Source: an uncultured virus (IMG/VR IMGVR_UViG_3300015608_001493)
Taxonomy: Duplodnaviria; Heunggongvirae; Uroviricota; Caudoviricetes
Reading direction: 5' to 3' (one strand)
IMG/VR virus record: IMGVR_UViG_3300015608_001493
Length of the DNA stretch: 64,000 nucleotides
Shown: positions 30,313-39,433 of the stretch, piece after piece
Layout of the letters: each line of letters begins with the position of its first letter
Numbering within the stretch: the first letter of the stretch is position 1
The notes under the pieces: generated by a model
Told to the model about the DNA's origin: nothing
Database searches by the model: none
Seen by the model: only the letters and a program-made list of their open reading frames with translations
Program-made: the position numbers and the translations under genes

Positions 30313-31205
30313 TATGGACCGTATAACGGGTTGGTTTGTTTTCCATAAACCACATCGTTATATTTTTTAAATCGTGAGAATAATTGAGTTCTAACGGCAT
30401 AAAACTCTTTAACTGAATGTCTACTGACAAAGGACATTGCGTTAGCCTCCGCAATTGATTGTTGTTGGAGTATATAGTTCAAACGTTGTTGAACATCTGC
30501 TTCTCCGTTTAAATAAATCTTTTCCAACCCTTTAAGAATACAGGTTTGAACAATCCAGTTTGTAATCTGAGCAAAATCAGGAATTAATAAATCAACCCCG
30601 TCAGGGGTTTCTTGTTCCAAACTTTGAAGATACTCTATATAAACTGAGCCTTTTGGAAAAGATGTTGTAATTGTTTTATTAGAGATATCAATCTTATTTC
30701 CCACCAACTGTTTTTTATTGATACAATCGCTAGTGCAAGATGGGTAAGAAGATGAACTTATAGACAATGGAAAAAATTCTGTGTGTTTTAAACTAAACGT
30801 TTCATATCTCTGAATGATATAAAACTCGTCACCACAATCATCAACCCTTGTTTCATTAGGTTTTAACAGATAGTCATCGTGATAAGATTGAAACTTATCA
30901 GTGTCATAAACCTCATAAACTTGCGGGTTTTCGTTTGTCTGAATTTTAGTAACATTTGCGCACCCCAGTGCAAACCTTAGTTTATAAAAATCATAAGGTA
31001 GTTTTGCTTGATAGTTTTCAATCTGAACTACTATTGAGTTCAAAGGTAACGCTCTAAGTCCTAATCTGTGTAAACAACGTTTAATTACCGGATAGTAAAT
31101 AGAGTTATCAAGTAATGATCGTTCGTGATACGTACTTAAAATGTTTTCTACTTCAAGTAACAACTCTGACGCAGATATATAGTTTGTGTCTTTATTCAAT
31201 GTCAT
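30306..31205 (-). CDS. Tail ring (tubular) protein
   Basis: Size, position upstream of muzzle; AKLPYDFY and TSFPKGSVYIEY motifs. Confidence 0.65.
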   Translation of the reverse strand: MTLNKDTNYISASELLLEVENILSTYHERSLLDNSIYYPVIKRCLHRLGLRALPLNSIVVQIENYQAKLPYDFYKLRFALGCANVTKIQTNENPQVYEVYDTDKFQSYHDDYLLKPNETRVDDCGDEFYIIQRYETFSLKHTEFFPLSISSSSYPSCTSDCINKKQLVGNKIDISNKTITTSFPKGSVYIEYLQSLEQETPDGVDLLIPDFAQITNWIVQTCILKGLEKIYLNGEADVQQRLNYILQQQSIAEANAMSFVSRHSVKEFYAVRTQLFSRFKKYNDVVYGKQTNPLYGPYW

Positions 31206-31876
31206 GGGCTAACCTGAGTTTGAGTTGTATTGTTGTTTGGATGTTCATCCGCAGGAATTTGTTTAGTAAAACCTAATTCTTGAAGACATCCTTTAATAAC
31301 GTATTCTTCCAGATAATCTGGAAGACCTGTTGGTTGTTGAAGAGCAGATTTACACCCTACTGTTGATGTAGGGGAACAGTTAAACCTGGATGTGTCTCCG
31401 ATAAAAACACCTGAAATAGAAAGAAGAGGGTAGTCATGTTTTGGAGTGTATAGGTACCCATCGTGAATGAAAGCGTACCTGTCTAAACCATGCTTAATCT
31501 TTGATTTTACAGAATACTGGTATGGAGTAACTAAAATAAACTCCTTAGATAAATCTGGTGTGGCTATAAACCGATAAATAAAACCACCACTATACTCTAC
31601 AAGTTGAGGGAGTTTATATTTAGAACGTGCCACCATACAATCATATGGTAAATAAATACAGTTGCAAACTATTGGAGAAACAGACTCCATTTCTACACAA
31701 ATAGTGGTCCATATGTTTGACAGAGAATATACTCTACCTCTTTCTGCTTCTTGTTTCAAGAGGACCTTTGAATTGGTTTCAAACATATTCCAAAGGTATC
31801 TATTTGAAAACAGCGAGTCTGCGTTAACCTCTCGAATAGCATTCCTCAATCTTGATATTGCTTCACCGCGTGTCAT
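31202..31876 (-). CDS. Tail ring protein
   Basis: MTRGEAISRL N-terminus, RSKYKLP and YAFIHDGYLY motifs; synteny. Confidence 0.65.
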   Translation of the reverse strand: MTRGEAISRLRNAIREVNADSLFSNRYLWNMFETNSKVLLKQEAERGRVYSLSNIWTTICVEMESVSPIVCNCIYLPYDCMVARSKYKLPQLVEYSGGFIYRFIATPDLSKEFILVTPYQYSVKSKIKHGLDRYAFIHDGYLYTPKHDYPLLSISGVFIGDTSRFNCSPTSTVGCKSALQQPTGLPDYLEEYVIKGCLQELGFTKQIPADEHPNNNTTQTQVSP

Positions 31877-32378
31877 ATTTTTGTTTTGCTTTTAAATAAA
31901 GATCATCAACATCAGCATATTTTTTAAGATGACGAATTTGATGAAAATGCTCTAAAACTAACCATTTTAAAAACTTGTCTTTTCTAATGTACTCGGTAAT
32001 TACCTTTCGGACCAGAATAGAGGTTTTAAAATTAAAATAGTAAATGTTGTTAACGTTTGAGTGTTTTTGATTTTTAAGCCATCTTAAAGAATAGACCACG
32101 TTCTCTGTTCGCATTAAAGAGAGTTTTCGATATTGCAAACCTTTGGTCTTTTTGGTAATCTTAACTCCAATCATTTGAAGTTTACCCAGGTTTTCAGGAA
32201 GATCAAAACCGTCTCTGCTGGTTAACACCTCTTCAAGAATTATATCAGAGGTGTCTGATAACATTTTACGAAAACCCCAATAACCAAGTTTAGTAGCGAT
32301 TTCAGGATTGTTTTCTTTTAAACTCTCCCAGGCGTTTACATATGATCTTGTTTTATATAGGGAGTAATCACCCTTCAT
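31863..32378 (-). CDS. IHF/HU-like DNA-binding protein
   Basis: GFDLPENLGKLQMIGVK motif, basic protein; conserved crAss position next to ring genes. Confidence 0.6.
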   Translation of the reverse strand: MKGDYSLYKTRSYVNAWESLKENNPEIATKLGYWGFRKMLSDTSDIILEEVLTSRDGFDLPENLGKLQMIGVKITKKTKGLQYRKLSLMRTENVVYSLRWLKNQKHSNVNNIYYFNFKTSILVRKVITEYIRKDKFLKWLVLEHFHQIRHLKKYADVDDLYLKAKQKYDTR

Positions 32379-32421
32379 AATTTAACCTTTTTTATTGTTA
32401 TTTTGTAGTTTTGCTGATAAT

Positions 32422-32448
32422 AAAAAAAGTGAGGTAAATACCTCACTT
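32422..32448 (-). terminator. Intrinsic terminator
   Basis: AAGTGAGGT/ACCTCACTT 9-bp stem followed by a T run on the minus strand. Confidence 0.75.
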
Positions 32449-33538
32449 AGTTCATTTGATGTACCCGTTCTAAATATCTTCCTTCTGTTTCGTGATATAA
32501 AATTGAATAACCTCTTCGAATGGATGTAGTGTAACCTTCGTGATAGGTCCATACATCTTTTCTGGTGAGTCCTGACAAGTGTCTTACCACTACTCCATCT
32601 AGTTCTCGCTGGTAATATTTTTCATGGTGTTTATCTCCCAAAAGATATTCATAAAACTTACAACTTGAAAAATACTCCTTGCCTTCAAATGGAAGTAGTT
32701 TTGCATACTCTTCTGGTTTTAGTTCTCCGTGAGCCAAACCTAAAAGAGTATTCCCTATCTTGTAATATTTCCTCTCGATAGGTCTTGCATCCACAGTAAC
32801 TACCTTTGAGTTTTCAAATATTTTCTGAATGGATAATGCGAAAAAGGAAGATGTCATGCGATCATGGTTTCCTGGAACATGAATCACCTTTACCGGAGCA
32901 ATAAAAGATAACTCTACAATAAGGTTTGCAATCAAATCTAAACCTATCTTAAAAGTAGAGTACAGATCAGAAGTATTATTCTGAGGGGTTCCTTTGGTTG
33001 TCTGGAGATAAATGTTATCTACATTGAAAAAATCATTGCCAATAGGAAGAATAATTTCTTTAACTCGATGAAGAGGAATATCTTTTAAAATCTCAGTAAC
33101 TATTTTGGAAAACTCTGATAATTGGGTTGCAAGGTTATTTTCATCATTTGTATAATCTTTAAAAGATTGCCTTCCCAAATGCGTGTCCATCAGACAAACA
33201 ACATGGGTAAGGTCTTTAACATCTTCTCGATATACTATTGGTTCAGGGGTTTTAACTTGAAAGGTTTCCAGAAAATCTTTAAACGCTCTGGTAAAATCTT
33301 CAATATCAAGACGGTTTTGTTTTGGAGTATATAATATAGAGTTTCCTTTTGGGGACTGCCAAACTTGTTTAATCTCCCAACTACTTAAATCAGGGAGAGT
33401 GTTTGACTGCTTTAATTTAGATTTGATTTTCAAAATCGTTTCTGTTGTTGTGTTAAATTTTTCTGCTAAAAAAGCGTTACCTTTTTTTAGGTAACCAGGA
33501 TATTCGGTGAGTTTTGCTAAAATTTCGTTTTCCTGCAT
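32447..33538 (-). CDS. Calcineurin-like metallophosphoesterase
   Basis: DTHLG, GNDFFN, PGNHD, AHGE and GDKHHE motifs; start moved to MQENE (33538) because a promoter element lies just upstream. Confidence 0.85.
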   Translation of the reverse strand: MQENEILAKLTEYPGYLKKGNAFLAEKFNTTTETILKIKSKLKQSNTLPDLSSWEIKQVWQSPKGNSILYTPKQNRLDIEDFTRAFKDFLETFQVKTPEPIVYREDVKDLTHVVCLMDTHLGRQSFKDYTNDENNLATQLSEFSKIVTEILKDIPLHRVKEIILPIGNDFFNVDNIYLQTTKGTPQNNTSDLYSTFKIGLDLIANLIVELSFIAPVKVIHVPGNHDRMTSSFFALSIQKIFENSKVVTVDARPIERKYYKIGNTLLGLAHGELKPEEYAKLLPFEGKEYFSSCKFYEYLLGDKHHEKYYQRELDGVVVRHLSGLTRKDVWTYHEGYTTSIRRGYSILYHETEGRYLERVHQMN

Positions 33539-33560
33539 AATAAAGTTTTGAATTTTAACG

Positions 33561-33568
33561 CAAATATA
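33561..33568 (-). promoter_or_regulatory. Bacteroidota-type -7 promoter element (TATATTTG)
   Basis: TAnnTTTG match between an upstream terminator and the phosphoesterase start; no canonically spaced -33 element. Confidence 0.5.
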
Positions 33569-33585
33569 TATCATTTAGTTTCAAT

Positions 33586-33616
33586 AAAAAAATAGCCTTG
33601 GACGTTTCCAAGGCTA
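33586..33616 (-). terminator. Intrinsic terminator
   Basis: TAGCCTTGGA/TCCAAGGCTA 10-bp stem followed by T7 on the minus strand. Confidence 0.8.
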
Positions 33617-33650
33617 AACTACCAATAATAACAACAATAACAACAGATTT

Positions 33651-34235
33651 TTAAGGTGTTACAACCCACTGCCAAGAGGTTGTGCTTGTTTGAAGGAACG
33701 TTAACTTCAAATGGCGATGGGTAGAGTCAGCAAGAACGCTGAATAAGTTTGAAGAGGCAATTGGGTCCCAATCGTATTGAATTTGAATATTGAACTGATA
33801 CTCAATTACTGAATCATTAGGGACAAGCGGGGTAGCAATATCTTTAAAAATTAAAGACTTGTTTGCATAGGCAATATCGTTGGGGAGGTTGATTACATAA
33901 GTAATTGTACCATCGACACCATCATCCGATTGTTTGAGCATTAAAATCTTTGTGGTATCCTCTTCAACTACGTTATAGATAGTTGGTCCATCTGCCACAT
34001 TAAAGTTGACAAACTTAGAAGGACGATTACAACATGACGCAGCAGCAAGTTTTTCCAAAAGAGCAGTAAGCGTTCGAGCACTACCGTCTTTTGTGGTTAA
34101 ATCTTCAAAGGATAAGACTTCACCATTATAAATTACACAATCGGTGTTAATTGTAGTTTTACAACCATCGCAGTTTTGTAACTGAACATTTACACAGGTT
34201 GAAACACAAGGAGTTGAATTACATTTATTGCACAT
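33651..34235 (-). CDS. Cys-rich virion structural (fibre/decoration) protein
   Basis: MCNKCNSTPC...INTDCVIYNG N-terminus; lies in the structural block. Confidence 0.55.
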   Translation of the reverse strand: MCNKCNSTPCVSTCVNVQLQNCDGCKTTINTDCVIYNGEVLSFEDLTTKDGSARTLTALLEKLAAASCCNRPSKFVNFNVADGPTIYNVVEEDTTKILMLKQSDDGVDGTITYVINLPNDIAYANKSLIFKDIATPLVPNDSVIEYQFNIQIQYDWDPIASSNLFSVLADSTHRHLKLTFLQTSTTSWQWVVTP

Positions 34236-34240
34236 AATAA

Positions 34241-34816
34241 TTAGTTTAAAAAGAATGAAACACCATCAAGATATACATTTGGTGAAGTTGTGGTATAATC
34301 AGAGCCAGTAAAAAATAAGATCACATCTCCGTTTGTTTTAATTTTCAAAAACACATTATATAATGCGGATGGTGCAAACTCGTTAGCCACACTAACAACT
34401 AAATCCGAAGTTGGTCTTAGATCAGAAGGAAGTGTACAAATTGCGTTTGTCACAGTACCACGTGTGACTAAACCTGATAAAAGAACCAAACTTCCTTTTT
34501 TTCTGATTTTAATTCCTCTTGTTGCAGACCAGTTTGCGTTTACACTAACAGATATTGTTTTTTCTGCATCTCCTTTAATTAAAGAAATAGCCTCAATAAT
34601 CTGAGTGATAACTTCTTTTTGGGTCTGCTCAATGATTACATTTGATGTAATTTTAGATAAATCAAACTGTGTCCAATCAATTTCACAGTTTGATTCAGCA
34701 AGCCATTGCAACCAATCATTAAGTGTGTTTCCGCAGAAGTTTGCACATCGAGGTTTTAATACTCCAACGTCTATAATCTGGTTTGTACTGATCGGGTTTG
34801 TAGGATTGTCACACAT
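34241..34816 (-). CDS. Short fibre-like structural protein
   Basis: C-terminal RKKGSLVLLSG...ICTLPSDLRP...YLDGVSF domain typical of fibre tips. Confidence 0.6.
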   Translation of the reverse strand: MCDNPTNPISTNQIIDVGVLKPRCANFCGNTLNDWLQWLAESNCEIDWTQFDLSKITSNVIIEQTQKEVITQIIEAISLIKGDAEKTISVSVNANWSATRGIKIRKKGSLVLLSGLVTRGTVTNAICTLPSDLRPTSDLVVSVANEFAPSALYNVFLKIKTNGDVILFFTGSDYTTTSPNVYLDGVSFFLN

Positions 34817-35046
34817 TAGTAAGACATTACTTCGTATCCCATAAAACGTAAAGTGTTAATATCTAACTCTTTGGCTGTATGGTATGGTGTTATTAAATAA
34901 GTATTCTTCTCGTTAATCAAACTGTTATTCATTGACAACACGCTATCAAAAACATCTTTGAATGTAATCTGAACATTACCTATTCCGTAATGATCGTTTA
35001 AAATGTCTTTGTATAACTTGTTGGCAATATTACATGAAAATTTCAT
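34816..35046 (-). CDS. Hypothetical protein
   Basis: Overlapping start/stop with neighbours in the operon. Confidence 0.5.
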   Translation of the reverse strand: MKFSCNIANKLYKDILNDHYGIGNVQITFKDVFDSVLSMNNSLINEKNTYLITPYHTAKELDINTLRFMGYEVMSY

Positions 35047-35269
35047 CTAATCTCTTTTCAAATAAGTTACAGTTTTTATTCCACATATTTAACGCACTGG
35101 TTAAATAACTTATGTGTAAAGCATTTCCGTTGTTTTCAACAAGTTCTGTTCTTTTTTCAGAAACTTGTTCAAACGTGTATTTACACTCTTGGGGAATGGC
35201 TACTTTTAAAGGTGCTTCGTTAAGCGCGTACCCCATTGCTTGTTGTTTTGCTGCACAAGAACTACACAT
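35030..35269 (-). CDS. Hypothetical Cys-containing protein
   Basis: MCSSCAAK start; TAATG coupling with the upstream gene. Confidence 0.55.
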   Translation of the reverse strand: MCSSCAAKQQAMGYALNEAPLKVAIPQECKYTFEQVSEKRTELVENNGNALHISYLTSALNMWNKNCNLFEKRLDEIFM

Positions 35270-35781
35270 TAGCAGTCACAGTTTAAACTATTAAAACGAT
35301 TTATTACAGAGTTGTAAATGATTTTGGCTTTATCACATTCTCCACAACAATCCACCATGTGCTGAACCATGTCTAGTTTGTAGATTAACATGAAACCGTC
35401 TTTATACCAATCTTCAGACTTATCACAACTAATTGAACTTAGTTTTGTAAGGATTTGTGATTTTAGATTAATTACTCGAAAATAGTTATATTCTCGATTA
35501 ACTAACCCGTTTGGTTTTACAGATTGTCTAAACTTCCATATTCCATCAGGAAGATCAGACAGGTTTTCCATAGTTGTCCAATTAAGAACAGCAGAGTTTA
35601 AGATGTTTGCTTTTGAAGGTTGATAAGGAGACAAAAAGGTACTAGAAAAGTTTGGTACAGTAATCTCAATTATACAATCCTCGATAGGAAGGTCAGGGTT
35701 ATACACAGAAATATCAGAAAGAATGAGGTTCTTTAAATCTGAGGTGTCCTGAATATGTAAATTTAAAAATGTCTGATTCAT
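35269..35781 (-). CDS. Putative tail hub / fibre-attachment protein
   Basis: LSDISVY...IEITVP...LPDGIW pattern and Cys-rich end; synteny. Confidence 0.5.
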   Translation of the reverse strand: MNQTFLNLHIQDTSDLKNLILSDISVYNPDLPIEDCIIEITVPNFSSTFLSPYQPSKANILNSAVLNWTTMENLSDLPDGIWKFRQSVKPNGLVNREYNYFRVINLKSQILTKLSSISCDKSEDWYKDGFMLIYKLDMVQHMVDCCGECDKAKIIYNSVINRFNSLNCDC

Positions 35782-36440
35782 GTATATTGTTGATTACGTT
35801 GTGCCATTGTTTGATAGTTCCATTGATCTGTTGTATCGCCAGCCAATAACTGAGTAGTCATATTAAGAATCTCCATTAAAGATGATCCATCAAACTCTGG
35901 ATCAATGTTTTGAGTAGGTGATCCATCCAAGTGAGTAAACCCATCTGACATATCTACCTTGACTGGATAGCGATAATATAGACCCTCTATCTTTTGAATG
36001 GAAAAGTTATCTACATACACTCTTAGTTTTTTACCCACCAAGGTGCAGATAGTTTCTCCCCACTCTAAGGAGGGTTTCCAAAAACTATCGTTAAGAAGAA
36101 CGTTTATATCTCCCTCAGATTTTAAGTGATTAATAACTTCGCACGGAGTTAACGATACGGTTCTCTTATAGTGAAAATAATCTTCTGGAAGGTCAACCTC
36201 GTAAAAGTTACTCTCTGATGTTAGTTTTAATGGTTTTAAATCCAATGGTTTTAACAGTTGGTTGATTTCATCTTTTCTGACAATATTGGTTTCATCAACT
36301 TTAATTCGATCCTCAACCCAGTGTAGTTGACACGCATTAAAAGCATCAACAAACTGATGCTTTGGTAAATTATCCCCAGAGTTGGTAGATAACTTATTTA
36401 GTCGATTTTTTACGTAGAGATAACAGTTGTCTATTGTCAT
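35778..36440 (-). CDS. Tail ring / head-tail connector protein
   Basis: RLNKLSTN, LPEDYFHY, KPSLEWGET and YYRYP motifs; synteny. Confidence 0.65.
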   Translation of the reverse strand: MTIDNCYLYVKNRLNKLSTNSGDNLPKHQFVDAFNACQLHWVEDRIKVDETNIVRKDEINQLLKPLDLKPLKLTSESNFYEVDLPEDYFHYKRTVSLTPCEVINHLKSEGDINVLLNDSFWKPSLEWGETICTLVGKKLRVYVDNFSIQKIEGLYYRYPVKVDMSDGFTHLDGSPTQNIDPEFDGSSLMEILNMTTQLLAGDTTDQWNYQTMAQRNQQYT

Positions 36441-36448
36441 AAAAAGTT

Positions 36449-36470
36449 GGGGGAGGAATTACCCTCCCCC
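36449..36470 (-). terminator. GC-rich hairpin (terminator/attenuator) after high-copy head genes
   Basis: GGGGGAGG/CCTCCCCC 8-bp stem followed by AACTTTTT. Confidence 0.6.
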
Positions 36471-36477
36471 TATTTCA

Positions 36478-38508
36478 TTAGTTAAAACCTACAAGTTTTG
36501 CATCAGGGAAAGAAGTAGCGAGCACTGCTTTAACGCTATCTACCACAGACAGATCACCTTCATTTACATAGAGAAATACAGTTTCTTTCAAATCGTTCGT
36601 AGTTGCAGTGTAATTTTTGTTATACTGAACGTTGTGGTCAAAGGCAATTTGATAGTAGTAATCCTCCACATTAATGCCAATTTTGATACCTTCACGTTGC
36701 AAGAAGAGTTGATCTTCTTTACTTAGTTGGTTAACCCAAGGTTGTTTGTGAGCAAAGCGCTCACGGATGATGTTTTTAACCACATCATAACCACTGAGTT
36801 GACGGAAGGTAGCAAACTGAGTTTGACGCCATCTTACATTATCGTAATCACAAACTGATGTGTCATCATCGTTACGATACGGAGTGATGATCAGTTCAAC
36901 AGGTTCTTTTTCAAGGTACATTGCAATATCATAACCTCGGAACTGGTCAATGATATAGGTAGTAGGACGAGTGGTAAATTTGATACCACAACGGCAGCAG
37001 TTAGTTGTAGGAGTAGGGGGAACGGGACAACCATTACCGTCTACTGTCCAACCTTCACAAGGACACACTTCCCAACGTTGACCTTCAAAAGGAGGAAGAG
37101 TGTTAAACTTGGCAAGACCTTCCTCAGTAGTGTCACAACCGTCTTGAAGGAAGTTTGTGCAATATTGAGAAATAGTGTAGCGAAGCAAACAGTTGGTTGA
37201 ATCTTCAAGTGCCAAAGAACCAGAGACAACTTCACTGTTACTACCATAGAACGATGTCATGCGAGCAAGAGTCTCACCAGCATCAGCACCATCATGATCT
37301 GCGTCACAGTCGTCAACTTTGAGGGTAATGCAGAGATCACGCTGAACTTTGTAATAACTTTCACCAGCAACCCATGCGGTGCTTACAGGAGTGGTCAAGG
37401 TGCAACGTGCAGGAACCGTACCTAACGTGGCAGTTACAACCAAACCAGCAGCAGGAGAACTAATTGCAGTTGAAGTGACAATTTGATAAATCTTCTTATC
37501 ACTAAGAGTGCTGAGTACAGTGTTGCTAGTTACGGTTACACCAGCGAGTGTACCCAGTTTAGCATTAGCGTTACCACCAGCAGCAGCAGTGTAAAGTGCA
37601 TCATCAACTTCAACCACATAGAGATAACCAGCAGCAGCAGCAGTGTAACCAGAGGGGCAAGTTGCACAGTTTTGCAGAACCACGTCAGACTGAGTAAAAG
37701 CAGCAGGAAGACCTGTGGTTTTAATCACTTGATAGGTTGTAAACGGAGCGTTGCGACTTTTAACTTTTACACTCAACGTGGGATACTGGTTTTGAACAGC
37801 ACTAAGGTCAAGTTCATCACCATTATCACATACAGTGAGAGTGTATTCTACAAAGTTAGTACGGGTAAGACCGGGTATTGCAGTACCACAATCCATGATT
37901 TTTTCAGCCACAAAGAATCGAGATGTCCAACGGTTTTGATCGTTAAACTCTGCTACCAGTTTGTCAATATATTTTTGACAAGGCTCTTCAAGATCACAAT
38001 CACCGCTAGAGCACGGAGAGCAACAATCAGTATCAATAGTGATTATTTCAGATATTGGACGCTGAAAAATATTGAACACTGGACGACCTTGTACTGTGAC
38101 ATGGAACGAGTAGGTTTTACCACATTCAAACTTCAAACCTTCACAGTTATCCATACCGTTGTAACCAAGGTAGTAAATATTAGGTTTTTCAGTTTTACGA
38201 GGGATAGCCAAGCGAATCTCATCCAGTGCAGTACGAGTGATAGGTTCGCTGCGGAAGTTAATATCCGCGTTTAAAGGGTTAGTAAAACGTTCATATTTTG
38301 TACCCTGTGTAAACTGAGGTACGTTAGGGGAACCAACACCAAGATAAACCCGGCGTCTTTTTTGAATATCCGCAGGTGAAAGAGCCAAATGAGTATCTTC
38401 ATCAAAAATACCTAACTCGAAAGGTTTCAGGTTAGTGAATGAAGTACCTGCGCTTGCTACGCTGCGGACTACAAAATCTCTAGGAATAGAGTTTGGAAAA
38501 TTAGCCAT
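36478..38508 (-). CDS. Abundant virion structural protein (auxiliary-capsid-like)
   Basis: 676 aa, Cys-rich; two genes downstream of MCP; codon usage appears similar to MCP by eye. Confidence 0.55.
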   Translation of the reverse strand: MANFPNSIPRDFVVRSVASAGTSFTNLKPFELGIFDEDTHLALSPADIQKRRRVYLGVGSPNVPQFTQGTKYERFTNPLNADINFRSEPITRTALDEIRLAIPRKTEKPNIYYLGYNGMDNCEGLKFECGKTYSFHVTVQGRPVFNIFQRPISEIITIDTDCCSPCSSGDCDLEEPCQKYIDKLVAEFNDQNRWTSRFFVAEKIMDCGTAIPGLTRTNFVEYTLTVCDNGDELDLSAVQNQYPTLSVKVKSRNAPFTTYQVIKTTGLPAAFTQSDVVLQNCATCPSGYTAAAAGYLYVVEVDDALYTAAAGGNANAKLGTLAGVTVTSNTVLSTLSDKKIYQIVTSTAISSPAAGLVVTATLGTVPARCTLTTPVSTAWVAGESYYKVQRDLCITLKVDDCDADHDGADAGETLARMTSFYGSNSEVVSGSLALEDSTNCLLRYTISQYCTNFLQDGCDTTEEGLAKFNTLPPFEGQRWEVCPCEGWTVDGNGCPVPPTPTTNCCRCGIKFTTRPTTYIIDQFRGYDIAMYLEKEPVELIITPYRNDDDTSVCDYDNVRWRQTQFATFRQLSGYDVVKNIIRERFAHKQPWVNQLSKEDQLFLQREGIKIGINVEDYYYQIAFDHNVQYNKNYTATTNDLKETVFLYVNEGDLSVVDSVKAVLATSFPDAKLVGFN

Positions 38509-38543
38509 TTAAAATGTTTTTAGATTAACTATATTTTTATGGG

Positions 38544-39413
38544 TTAATACCCGAGAACTTTAAGTTGAGCACTAATTGAATATGGAAGATCATCTTCTAA
38601 ACCTTCTCCAAGTTCATGGATATTAATAGGCTTCAGTAAGAAATCAATGGCCTCTGATTCAGTTCTACCATATTTAGTGTTTGACATTCGATTGTAATAA
38701 AAACCATCCTTTGAAAGTGAGATAATATTTTTAGCAATTGCGTCTTTAACTTTAACAACTGTTAAAATATACTCCATGTCCAACTTTGTAGATTGTACAA
38801 ACTTTTCAGCGTTTGGTACAGAAGCGTCAATAAAATCGTGAAGTTTATCAAACGCTCCCATTCTATCTGTGGATGTTCCATTAAAATTGAGTAAGTATTT
38901 TGCAATTGTGATAATTCGAGATGAATTACCATCGTACAACTCGTTTAATATTGTAAACGCGGTTGTTTTGATTTGCTTTTTAGATACTCGTTTATTAATT
39001 TCTGCTTCGTCGGAGGTTACAGCAAACTTAAAAGTGTTAATGGCAGCGTTAGCAATTGCTTCTTCATTAAGAGCAACAATACCATAACCATCATTTATTT
39101 CAAGAATATGTAACGTGAAAGCATCTGTAAGAACATTAGGGTCTAAGGCTGAAACATCATGTGACAATGTGATATTAAAAGATTCAAGCCAGTCTTGTCC
39201 CGTATCTGAGTCAAACTTAAACCCTAATTGTTCTTCAAACTTTGCTATTCTTTGTTCGTATTTCGAGTTGTCTTGACCAACATAATATCGTCCATTACGC
39301 ATAGGGATTTCAAAGTTACTTTCAACCCCGGGGAAAACAGACATACCGTGTTTTTCAAGTCCCATTAGTTCTACACCTTCTTCGGGTGGAATTTGTTTAA
39401 TGATCTGTGTCAT
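38544..39413 (-). CDS. Conserved head-module protein downstream of MCP
   Basis: VKDAIAKNII...YGRTESEAIDFL C-terminus; synteny. Confidence 0.55.
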   Translation of the reverse strand: MTQIIKQIPPEEGVELMGLEKHGMSVFPGVESNFEIPMRNGRYYVGQDNSKYEQRIAKFEEQLGFKFDSDTGQDWLESFNITLSHDVSALDPNVLTDAFTLHILEINDGYGIVALNEEAIANAAINTFKFAVTSDEAEINKRVSKKQIKTTAFTILNELYDGNSSRIITIAKYLLNFNGTSTDRMGAFDKLHDFIDASVPNAEKFVQSTKLDMEYILTVVKVKDAIAKNIISLSKDGFYYNRMSNTKYGRTESEAIDFLLKPINIHELGEGLEDDLPYSISAQLKVLGY

Positions 39414-39433
39414 ATTGTTGTTAGATTATTTTT

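Noticed and set aside
37483..38274. 263-aa plus-strand ORF (also 40106-40747 and the other short plus-strand ORFs in 1-52 kb)
   Set aside because: Antisense shadows of codon-biased structural genes, with no motifs.
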